From contig NW_019091358.1 in NCBI RefSeq assembly GCF_001949145.1, forward strand, positions 1,684,240 through 1,748,239: 64,000 bases of DNA, in the 5' to 3' direction. Numbering within the stretch: the stretch's first letter is position 1; each line of letters starts with the position of its first letter. Shown here in pieces: positions 14,501 to 26,500 of this stretch. The stretch is from Acanthaster planci (taxonomy: Eukaryota). A program made the translations under genes and the position numbers. The notes below the pieces were generated by a model that was not told the DNA's origin, ran no database searches, and saw nothing but the letters and a program-made list of their open reading frames with translations.

Positions 14501-17500
14501 TACTTCTAAGTATGATTCTGGAATCTGTAACAGAGTAAAAAAATGTAGTCTCTGATTACATGAATAAGTTAAATAAATGAAAACCCCAACTCCTGGGGAA
14601 GCTTCTGTAAGTGACAGGTAGGTTATATTTTAGTCAACAGGATGTCACTTCAATGTCGGCTAGATGCGGGATTAAAAAAAACAGGAAAAGGTCAAATTAA
14701 GTGTCGATTGGATGTGTAGCAACCAAGAAACAGCAGTGCCTCAACGGCAATTAGATGTTTTTGTGACATTTTAATGTTAATCTAATGTTTTCTCAACCTG
14801 TGAGTTATAGGTTATCCTGACGTCGGCATTGGGTGCAAACATGATGTCAGATACTGGCATTTTTCAACATTAACTTGGTCATTGCCTGACATTATAACAA
14901 AGTTAATACAACATCGGTCTGTTGTTGGGGATATTAAGCCAATATTAAGCAAATTTGTGACCTGTATTTTTCATTTTTTTCACATTTTTCCTTTTTTTTT
15001 CCAAATCCTTTTTTTTTTTTGGTGGGGGGGTGTGTTATGAGGGTTGGAGAGAGTGTCCCTTTCCCCCCATCCTAACGCCCATGGTACTCAGCCCTTAGGC
15101 TATACTGTAGTCTTGATTCCTGACATGATTTGAACATAGGATTTGAGATATGCTATAAAGCCACCTGTATAAATTAGATGTACTGAGTTGGGTGATCTGG
15201 ATGAGTGATAGTGTCTTCTAGGCTTGCTTTGCATTTACATGGATACACTATAAAATTAAATCCTTTACCAATACTTCTTACGGTTTGTATGTAGTTCAGT
15301 AAGCTTTGATAAGTACAGTCATCTCCCATTAGAGTGAACTTGGGCAAGACAAAACTCTGGTTAGAACAAATATGGATCACTGGTCAGGTATGAAAAGAGG
15401 AGGTAAAGTACACCAATAACTAAGGTGGCATCGAAAATAAGTCTTTTGTATACAGTGTATTTGAGATCTGTGATTTGATACATGAATGGCCAGGAAAAAC
15501 TGCTCAATTATCAGGCTTGGGTGTCTTAGCCTTGAGCACTCACAAGTTCAAGAATTTCAATGGCCCCCAGCCAAAGGCACAAAGTGGATAAGTTGCAAGT
15601 GCCTAACAAGTAGAGGAATTGGTTTGCTAGAGATGCATATTGGAATGGCCCACGGGGACACATAAATTCACAAGTCATGATCTGGAAAAATTTCAATTCC
15701 CTTTGCATACGTGGGAAAATTCTTCAAATGTGATATTGTTGCACTTAACTCTCAGACTTGGGGGAAGAATGTTTAACCCCAAATCGGGTGGGGGGATCAG
15801 TGGCGGCTGAACAATTTTCAAAGGGGGGCGGGGCAGTTGTTAGCCCATCAATCATTAATAGGCCGATAAGCCCCACCCCATTATAGGCTCTGTGAAAAGT
15901 AGGGTGACCATGTCCCCCCCTCAAAAAAGTGGCCCCCAATACTCATGTCCCACCTGCATGCCCCACATCTTAAAACAAACTATTTCTGTCTGTGTTTTGA
16001 GCCTTGCCAAAAATACGCATTTCTCTATGAATGAAGGAGGAAACAGTTTGTGAAATCAGGAAGCCAAAGGCATTGATGTATTGACTAAAATAACCTCAGT
16101 TAGCTCGCAAAACAGACTGGAGAGGATATGGCTCCATAGAAAAATCAAAGCAAACTTTTTTGCCTGACGTGATGACAACAAACAAACTTGGCTGGGACTT
16201 AGGCTGTGTACCTTTGAGGAAGTCTTTAACTTCTGGTTCCTGCCATTTTGATAGCCATCACATATTGGATGTGATCCTTTGATGAAAAGGTTTGAATTAG
16301 CTAGCTGAAACTTAAAGTTTTGTTGTGGAAAATATCTCTCTTGTATGTGTGGTTATTTTCAGAACCATACACACATGTAGTCGATCACTCATAAAGGTGC
16401 TTCTGCAAACCTGTTATTCAATGAGGGGCTTAGACGAATCTTTCACTTGCCAACTTGCACTTTGTAATAGGTGATGCAATTGAAAATTGCCCATTTCTNC
16501 GTGGGTCCGAGTTAGTATTGGCTCCGAGTTGGTTGTGGGTCCGAGTTGGTCGTGGGTCCGGGTTAGTATTGGGGCCGACTTGACATGGGTCCGAGTTGGT
16601 CGTGGGTCCGACTTGGCATGGGTCCGAGTTGGCATGGGTCCGAGTTGGTTTGGGTCTGAGTTGACTCGAAACCAATTAGATGTACTGAGGTGGGTGATCT
16701 GGATGAGTGATAGTGTCTTCTAGGCTTGCTTTGCATTTACATGGATACACTATAAAATTAAATCCTTTACCAATACTTCTTACGGTTGTATGTAGTTCAG
16801 TAAGCTTTGATAAGTACAGTCATCTCCCATTAGAGTGAACTTGGGCAAGACAAAACTCTGGTTAGAACAAATATGGATCACTGGTCAGGTATGAAAAGAG
16901 GAGGTAAAGTACACAAATAAATAAGGTGGCATCGAAAATATATTTTTTGTATACAGTGTATTTGAGATCTGTGATTTGATACATGAATGGCCAGGAAAAG
17001 CTGCTCAATTATCAGGCTTGGGTGTCTTAGCCTTGAGCACTCACAAGTTCAAGAATTTCAATGGCCCCCAGCCAAAGGCACTAAGTGGATAAGTTGCAAG
17101 TGCCTAACTTTTTATTAAAGCATTTTTCCTTGCCTTGGTATCAAGTAGAGGAATTGGTTTGCTAGAGATGCATATTGGAATGGCCCACGGGGACACATAA
17201 ATTCACAAGTCATGATCTGGAAAAATTTCAATTCCCTTTGCATACGTGGGAAAATTCTTCAAATGTGATATTGTTGCGCTTAACTCTCAGACTTGGGGGA
17301 AGAATGTTTAACCCCAAATCGGGTGGGGGGATCAGTGGCGGCGGAACAATTTTCAAAGGGGGGCGGGGGAGTTGTTAGCCCATCAATCATTAATAGGCCG
17401 ATAAGCCCCACCCCATTATAGGCTCTGTGAAAAGTAGGGTGACCATGCCCCCCCTCAAAAAAGTGGCCCCCAATACTCGTGTCCCGCCTGCATGCCCCAC

Positions 17501-20500
17501 ATCTTGAAACAAACTATTTCTGTCTGTGTTTTGAGCCTTGCCAAAAATACGCATTTCTCTATGAATGAAGGAGGAAACAGTTTGTGAAATCAGGAAGCCA
17601 AAGGCATTGATGTATTGACTAAAATAACCTCAGTTAGCTCGCAAAACAGACTGGAGAGGATATGGCTCCATAGAAAAATCAAAGCAAACTTTTTTGCCTG
17701 ACGTGATGACAACAAACAAACTTGGCTGGGACTTGGGCTGTGTACCTTTGAGGAAGTCTTTAACTTCTGGTTCCTGCCATTTTGATAGCCATCACATATT
17801 GGATGTGATCCTTTGATGAAAAGGTTTGAATTAGCTAGCTTCATACCCGCTGAAACTGAAAGTTTTTTTGTGGAAAATATCTCTCTTGTATGTGTGGTTA
17901 TTTCCAGAACCATACACACATGTAGTCGATCACTCATAAAGGTGCTTCCGCAAACCTGTTATTCAATGAGGGGCTTAGACGAATCTTTCACTTGCCAACT
18001 TGCACTTTGTAATAGGTGATGCAATTGAAAATTGCCCATTTTTAAGTTGAGACCAAAGGATTTTCAGAGCTTGGTGAAGTTTCCATTGACATTTGAAGGT
18101 GGCCTTAATCATTGCCCTTAACCTCTGAGGCTGATTGACACTAAATAAAAGGTTGGCCATAACAGCTGCAACTGTCCTTACAGTCAAAGAAATTACTAAT
18201 ATCCCATGAGCACTGTGAATTTGGCAAACATCACCAAGGTACACAAGATACTACTAAAAAACCTAGTAAAAGAAAGATGAGGTGCTTTCCTTGATTGTTT
18301 TTGTTTTTTGGAGGTTGGGAAAAGTGTATTTACAAATTTGTTATCTATACCATACCATTGATCTACGTAGATATTCTTATTGAAGTAAATTGCCACAAAA
18401 AAGGATGAATGTTCTCTCTTCCTTAAATATCAGTTACTTACGTTGCAATGTCAGCATTTGAGTTGATACATATGACACAGTGACATCACACAGAAAGTTA
18501 AAAAATGGTAAGCAAACAAATATAACACCCAACTCTCTTCTGGACTTTGGCAATTTTTCTTTCTCAGGTCAGGGCAAGATTTGTCAACCCCCAAGATACA
18601 CCTCTCTGTCAGTCAGGACAAATCAAATTTAAGAACATTTGAAACTGTTTTCCCACTACAAAATTTTTCTTTAATTTTTTGTAAAAGTTCAAGAGTTCAG
18701 CCAAACAAAGTTCTCACGGTCACCTTGCAACATGCCCTCCACATTCTCCTAGCGTTTCAGTTTCAGCACTTGGGGACTGCAACTTTTATCAATCAAATAG
18801 AAATTGGGGTTGGGTGTCGGGTATAATTTGCAGTTGACAATACTAATGAGAACAAAAAAATACAGTGGAATGGGGAGTAGACTGGCCCCAAAGGGAGAAT
18901 TTCCAGATAGAGATCCCAGTCAAAGAGCTAAATTGTAATTGAACAAAATATAAGCTAAGTAAGATGATCGAAGTGTTTTATGATGATTTTCCTGGAGAGG
19001 GAAAGTTAAAAGCCTGTTTTGAACTCTTGAAAATCAAATGTGGTTGGTTTATTTAGGTTTTACAAAGAACTACATGTGTCACAGGGAGTGGTAAAAGAAC
19101 CTTTACCCAACAATCCATATAAAAGAGTTATGCGGCTCCTTATGATATCTCTCCTGCTACCTGAAAAGTAAATGGTTTTATTCTTATACAAAACTGAAGA
19201 TGGTTTTGGGATTTATTTCCTCTTTGGCCAAATAGTCTCATTATGAACTGGTGTTTCAATTTCATTTATTTGATATCATTGATATCCAACAAAGTAATTG
19301 AAATACATTGAAATTCGTTGTGGTTTTGCAAGCGTTAAAAACTTGATAATCAAAATATATGTACAGAACAATAATAACTACACTACAAAAATTCACACCA
19401 GAATTACAACCAATAATTTCAGACAGCATATCAGGTAAAATAACAGTTGATTAAATAAAATGGGATTAAGATAACAATAAAATCTGATGAATCACAGATT
19501 AGGACTTTGATTGCTCCTGTACATGTACATTCAATAAGCGAACTGCACTTGGATAAAAACTGTTCAAGGTTTGAGTCGAATCTGCGCGAAGTGATCTGTA
19601 ACATTTATCTGATCTCATCTGCTGAAATAAGTCATTCATTAGTCATGCATTTCAATGCAAAAGTAGATGGGAATTCAAGCTATTCATGGTGACAGACAAC
19701 TAAGGTGGAAGGCTTGCGGAAGCACCATGCAAGGATACGATCTCTTTTGTGAGTCTGTATGGTTCTGAAAAGAACCGTGAGGAACTCAACATTTCGGACA
19801 GTATGCTCTACTACTAGCTGATGATAAACTGACAATACGTGTATCTTCAGTGCATTTTACACCACCAATGAGATGGGTTAAAAATTAAAAAAAAAATAAT
19901 TAGAATGGGAAGGTATTTTTAATTAACCAAAGACTACAGCAACTACCATAAACCATACATCTCTTTGATGTGATGTGAACTTTGATGTGTACATGCGTGT
20001 AGTGTGATGGATTAGAATTGGAAGCAATGGAGGACTGACTAATGGAGTGTAGACCAACCCAAGCTTCTGAAAAGAGATGTTGAATTAAAACAGTTATGGT
20101 TCCTTGGAGTGCATCCCCCCTACATGGATAACTGTGTTAATTTGAGAGCTAATAGGTCTACATGCCAGCAAGCAATTTGCAGGAGGCGTAGGCCTGCTCT
20201 TATGAGGAAAAAGACCTCACCATGTCCTGGCTCCATTGGTGAACTCTGGATAACCTGGCTGATCGCACGGTCCTCGCAATGGCGATGAGTCCTTTGAATA
20301 TCTGCCCTTTCAACTTTCAGTGGTACTTTATGTGCCTTCCATGTTTGTATAAGGTAACAGCGAATCAGGGTTTGATTCCGAAGAGGGAACTTGAGAAATG
20401 GCTACCACATGCTAAGAAGACATCAGCGCGCAAATTACCCACTCCCGACACGGGGTGATAGTGATGAAAATAGCAATACAGGACTCTTTTGGGGCCCTGT

Positions 20501-23500
20501 AATTGGAATGAGTACAGTTTAACTCCTTTAATGAAGATCTGTTGAAAGGAAAGTCTGGTGCCAGCAGCCGTGATAATTCCAGCTCCAGTTAAATTAATTT
20601 ATTGTATTACTCTTTTTTCTTGTTTTGTTTTTTCAGGCATTCAACACACCAAAGTCAACTGCATTGAATGGCGAACATTCCGACCTCAGGATCCCAGTTT
20701 ATGTGAGGGAATGAGGAAGCCCAACGTACGTCAGCAAGCGTGCAACATTGAACCATGCCCACCAGTGTAAGCCACCTTTGTTAGGTCATGTTGTTGTCGT
20801 ATGTTGAATCAGTTGTTTTCCAAGGAAGAAAAAGTCACCCACTTTCATATATTTTGTGTGACCAGGTGTCGCATGCCTATAGAGTACATTTTGTGCCTGA
20901 TTGCATAAAGTCAAGAAACGGCTGTCAACTGATGGCCGTTCACAAAACTTGATTCCAAGGCTCCAGGCACTGCATGTGGCTGTGGATACTTTGGAGTCAA
21001 GACATCTTTTCTTTTCTGCACTTGGGTATGGTTTTGAATTTCACATGTGGCCATGGTAATACCCGATGGTGCTCTTAGTCCAATTAAGTTGTAGCCAAGT
21101 CATGCACACCTGTAGGTACGCAGCTGCCATGTGCACAAAATTATATATGACATGATACATCAATGCGACCATCTTTAACTTGTAGTGCCCATCCAACCTA
21201 TTCAGTTCTCTCTAATCTCAGTACTTCATCCAACCACACTTCATTGATCCTCTAATTTCTGCAGTGCCCACTACATTAATTTCCTTTCTCACACATTCTC
21301 ACAATCATCCAAACACCAATATCTCTGCACCATGAACCACGCTCCTCTCACCTTCTCCTCCCCAATTTCATTAAAATCCAAAAATGATCGCATACTAGAG
21401 CTTGGTAAGTTTATAAATATCATCCAAAACCCAGTTGCATCAATAAACTACAAGAAAAAAATTTCATTAAAAACAAGGCCACATTTTGTCACTTTTTCAC
21501 AAAAAGCCACGCATCGAGAATTTGAAGAAAACTGGTTTTCACCATAATTGCCAAGGAAGTTTCTCCTCTTTCAAACCTGCAAAACTTGCTATCTGGAACA
21601 ACTTCATGTAGTAGAAACCCTCAATGATTCTTTTGCGGATGAACGTTTGCACAAACCAAGTAATAAAACTCAACACAGTGGTTAATTAACTGAAATGAAA
21701 TTATCAAGTTTAGTGTTTTAAAACAAATTGTGAAAAAATTGAAATAATATGTGCCACTTAGTCAAAACAGTGACCGTTTTTACATGTAGGCCCCTACATG
21801 TGTGTTTGGTCAAGAGGGGACTGTTGTCTGATTATGATAATGGGATGGGATCAGATATTTTGAAACCAGTTCAGACAAAATCCACATTTCTCTGGAAGCC
21901 AAGAGATTAAAGTGTAAAAGCATTTAGCGTCATGGGCAGATTCAGATCAAGTTTGGCATAATTGTCTCTGGGGATAAAAAAGGTGAAAATGTGAATGTAT
22001 ATTGTAAGTTTTGATGGCCTGTAAAATTAACTCATTTATTTTGAATAAATGGGAAACTGATTACAACGTTGGAGACATCAGATACTCCACCAGTGATGTA
22101 TTGGGCCAACCTTAGACAAATCCAAGATAGGTCCGTCTAGATGCTCGAGACCAAGGCAGGTCAATGTCCAAGTTGTTGAGTCTGAGCAAAGTCTGAGTCT
22201 AGGCCTGATAGTTTTGTTATGGCAGAATGCACAAGATTAAAATGAAACAAAACACCTGTTATACACCTACATAATATGCACACTTGTTTATTTCTCGTGA
22301 ATGCCCAAAATAACAGTGCCCTACCACATCATTTATCTGTATGTCAAAAGCTTGGAGGGGGGAGACCAGTCACGATATGTATAGCTGACATGGCAAATTT
22401 TAGACTGACAAGGGATCAAAATGTTTTTGTGTGACTGAGAAACTCCTTTTTCTAGATATTATCAAAGCTGTTTCAAGGACACATGAAGTAATGGTTGTAT
22501 TTACCTAGACTCTATGAAAGAATTTTCAAGGCTTTGTCTAAATTGTTCAGTAAACAATGTTCAGTGTGAAAATGAGATGTCTAATGTTTCTCACAGGTCA
22601 TGGACATGAGGTGAGTCGTGTATAATTGATATTCTGTGGCCCAAAATGGAAGAGATTCTTTAAGCTCTAACTCCCTGGGATGTATGTAAAAACATATTGA
22701 AATCGTAGGATTGAGGACTTTAAGGGCTAGTAAGAATTACAAAATGATAACAGAGTTTTCTTTCGCAAATGTAAAATGGACTCAATATTTACTCGCTGTC
22801 CAAGTCAGCCGCTGGCCAAGTCTGAGCCAAATTGAGTCCAAAAGGCCGTAGGTCTTGGCTGAGTCACAAGTTCAGCAAAATTTGAATCAAGACCGGACTA
22901 CTCATTGTTTAAACATGGTTTGGACTCAATTTGAGTCTTACTGTCCAGGTCAGCTGCTGGTCAAGTCTTAATAGCCAAGTCACAAATTCAGCAAAACTGG
23001 GCCTGAGACTGACCGGGCTCAAGTCTGGTCTCGAGTCCAATATCATTCCACAGTCACTGACTCAATTCTTAGAATAGTTCTTTTTTAAGTGCCTTTTTTT
23101 TAGTGCCTGTTAGGCACTGAGAGAGACCTTTGTTCATGCGTAGCATTACACAACACCTGATGAAAACGGTGAAGTTTGATTTAGAAGACTTCCCTGATAT
23201 GCAACTACCTTGACGTTAATATACCCGGTTGATTGCTAGAGAGTGAAGGAGTATACATATCCATATATCAGGTGTTGATTCCATTGCTTAAGTTTATTCC
23301 CTGGGGCATGTCTGTTTGACTGTCTGGATATCAGTACCACTGGAGTCTGACAGTTTGAATTCCCTGTGGATTAGCCCATTGTATATTCACATTGTCAGCC
23401 ACCAAAATCAACAAAAGGGTGCAAAATTTACTGGCGGGGAGAGAAATTTTTTTTGTCATTTTTGTTTAGTCTGAAATATCATTACTAATGATTTATAGTC

Positions 23501-26500
23501 AAGGTCAGGAAAATAGCTGACACTGTGGTGTTACATTGGCGGTGCTTCTGTGTGTGAACAATTCTGGGCAATTTTGTTGTTGTGCACTATTTAAGGCTGA
23601 CAGTGCACATGCGGAATAAATAAGCAAAAGAACGTGCCTGTCTTTACTTCCTCCACAATCTTTACTGCAGTGTTTTGGGCACCGTGTCAAAACACGTCAG
23701 TGTAACTAGTGTAAAATTCATGCAGAATAATTTCGTAAATAAACACATTAGCACAGGCAACCATCAAACTTTCATTGCCCTTTACCAAGTAATTCTCAAG
23801 TAATGTTTAACTTTCAGGTGGTACTCCATCTGTGGCAATCAATCTCCATTAAATATTTTGTAAAAGTACCCAGGGTGTATTGACCGAGTACCTACTTTGA
23901 ACAAATAGGAATGTCAGTGCTTGCATGAAACTTGTATCATATCTTCATAAAATGTACATAAACTTGAAAATGAAGACTCAAGATCCCCACTTGGCAACTT
24001 AAGAGCCCTGGAGAAGTAGTCATTGAAACCATCAAGGACAGGATGGGGATCAGGTTCATTAAAAGTGTCATCTCTTTCATGCTTTAGAATTGCTCGTTTC
24101 CCCCTCTCGTTCCAAATGATGCACTCAGTTTCCCTTGTTAATTGCGCATGGCAGGCCCTCAGTAATGCTACACAGCGATGTGCTGTCTGAAGCAGATCGA
24201 CTGAAAAGGACATCATCCTCCATCAACAGAGGAAGTTTTGGTGGTCAAGAGATTATGTTAATAGCTCTGTGTATTGCGGGTTGCTGTTCTTTTGATAAAG
24301 AGATCATTATAAAAGCCATTCCTGAAAGATGTGCATTGATAATTGCAGTTGTGGGCAGTTAAAGCCGTGGTCTACTTCAACCTTGTAAATCTCATGTCTT
24401 GGAGGGGGCAGCCAGGGGTAGTGGTGGAGAAGTTAGCTTTATGTGTATCATGAGAGATGGAATGCTGCCTCCAAAAATTGTAATTTCCTGTAAAGGTGCT
24501 TGGTGTTTTTAGAAAGTGGTTACACCCACAGTAACCTCTTGCTCGGGGCATGCATGACCCCCTTTTTACTTGCTCAGGTTTTTTTCACCCAGAAGTAGCC
24601 CACTTTTAACTCTGGAGTCTACTGTCTCTTGATTTTTGCCATGTTATGCTGAGTGTCTCTATATGGAAATAAAAAGTACATGTATCATGACTTTGTTCTT
24701 GTGATTTGGCTGGTGCAAGGCATAAGTGAGTGCTAATGGTAAATACATATATGACACTGCAAAAAATGTATGAAATTTTTCTTTGGACCCACTCAACCTG
24801 CAAAAATTAATTCTCAGAACCCAACAGAAAAACAAATGGCATTTAAAGTGGCATTTTTTTCTGCATATTTTGTCATTTCACTTATTACAGTAGCACGGAT
24901 GTTGATAAAGCAGTGATCATCTAATTTATACAAAAGGACAAAAATTCCATTGTTGTATTTAGCTCTGCCTCTATTTAATAAGGAGTAGCAGACTACCACT
25001 TATCAGATGACATTCAAAATTTTAACATTTTTTTACCAAGGAAATAAGTATGTGCGTTTAAGACTGACTCAGGAGAATGGCACAACTAATGCGTGAGCTG
25101 CAGGTGAGGGCATTATCAGCATTCAGTCTCCTGAGCCGGTTTTCAACATTAGTTTTAGACCAGCCAAAGCACATATTTATTCCCATTCATAAATACCTTT
25201 TTAGTCAGAGAGTTGAAAGAAGTCAATACACTCTGTATATGATGGATTTCCAATGATTTTGTTCTAGAGGGTTACTTTCATTTTTCCGAATACCCCTGTC
25301 CATTTGATGGCATATTCCTTGTGCGCGTTGACCAAAATAATCTCATTTTATGGACTTGGTGCGCGCGTGCACATGGACTCTTGACCAATAAGAATCAATT
25401 AACCTGTGTCGTATCTAGGTGCCAGGGAGTGATTTAAGTGGCATACATTATCAATACTCTAGTGGGCATTATCGCATGTTAATACACGGTCAAGTTGCAT
25501 GTCGTTGAAAAGGTAGACTGTCTGAGGTATTTATGAATGTCTGTTGTTTTCACTACATGCATCAACTGGTGTGACATCATCCTTTGTAACAATTTGTAAC
25601 AAATGAGTTGCTAAAATGAACAGAAGGAAATACTGGTTCAATCTAACTCATTTATTTCCTTTGGAAGTCTAAAACTTTTTCAGAGCCTGAAGAAAAAAGT
25701 GGATATTTTCTTTTTGTGATGTGTTTATATGCATTGCCAGAGCTGACAGCGTATGCATTTTTTCAGCAACTACATGTAGTAATTTTAATTGTATGCAGAC
25801 TATTTCAGTGATTACTCTATGCTGGTAGTAACACAAGGCAGTGAACTTGTCGATTTTTTTGGAGTAGAGGAATGGTATGGAAATTTCTACCCGCAATGCG
25901 TAGACTCTCTTTCTGAGCACTGTCTTGTTTGAGATGTATATGTACTCGTATATTGCCGTCTAGGCATTTCTCAAACCCCTTTCCAAAACATCAAAGTGCA
26001 CCTGGGAAATGATCATGAAGTTGGTTGAAAGGCTTGGATTAGAGTAGGTGGACATTCATGTCTGAGAAACAATAGAGCTGTTATTTCAGTACATCTGGCA
26101 CGTACAGAAACTTGGTAGAGACAATCTCCACTCTCCTCAAAATTGTGTCTACTTTTCAACTGGAGCCCCTTGCTCTATTATTACTCTGAAAACACAGGAC
26201 AGCAAGGCTGCAGTTTGCATCAGACATATTTCTCTGTTCAGTCCTTCAATTTCAAGCCCTAGTTCTCAAGGGATGAAAAGGTCAGGCAGGGATGCTCTCG
26301 GAAAGAGCCATAGATTAGGCAGGATTAAACTGAGGAAATCCAAGTGTGTAGTAGAGTCCAGGAACTGCTGACATCTTATCAATCCAAGAACAGAAGTACT
26401 TGCTTCAATTGTAAGATACCACAGTATATTTTTAGCCAAAGGTTTTGCAGAAAAACATCGAAGTGGACTGTTAGGGGTCTTCCATTCTAAAAGGGGAGTT

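Noticed and set aside
16500..16673. Regular short repeats resembling a CRISPR array
   Set aside because: Units are contiguous with no unique spacers, there are no cas genes, and the context is a eukaryotic intron.
20084..20588. Functional rRNA gene
   Set aside because: Only about 500 bp, with substitutions and indels in universally conserved positions and no ITS, 5.8S or 28S nearby.
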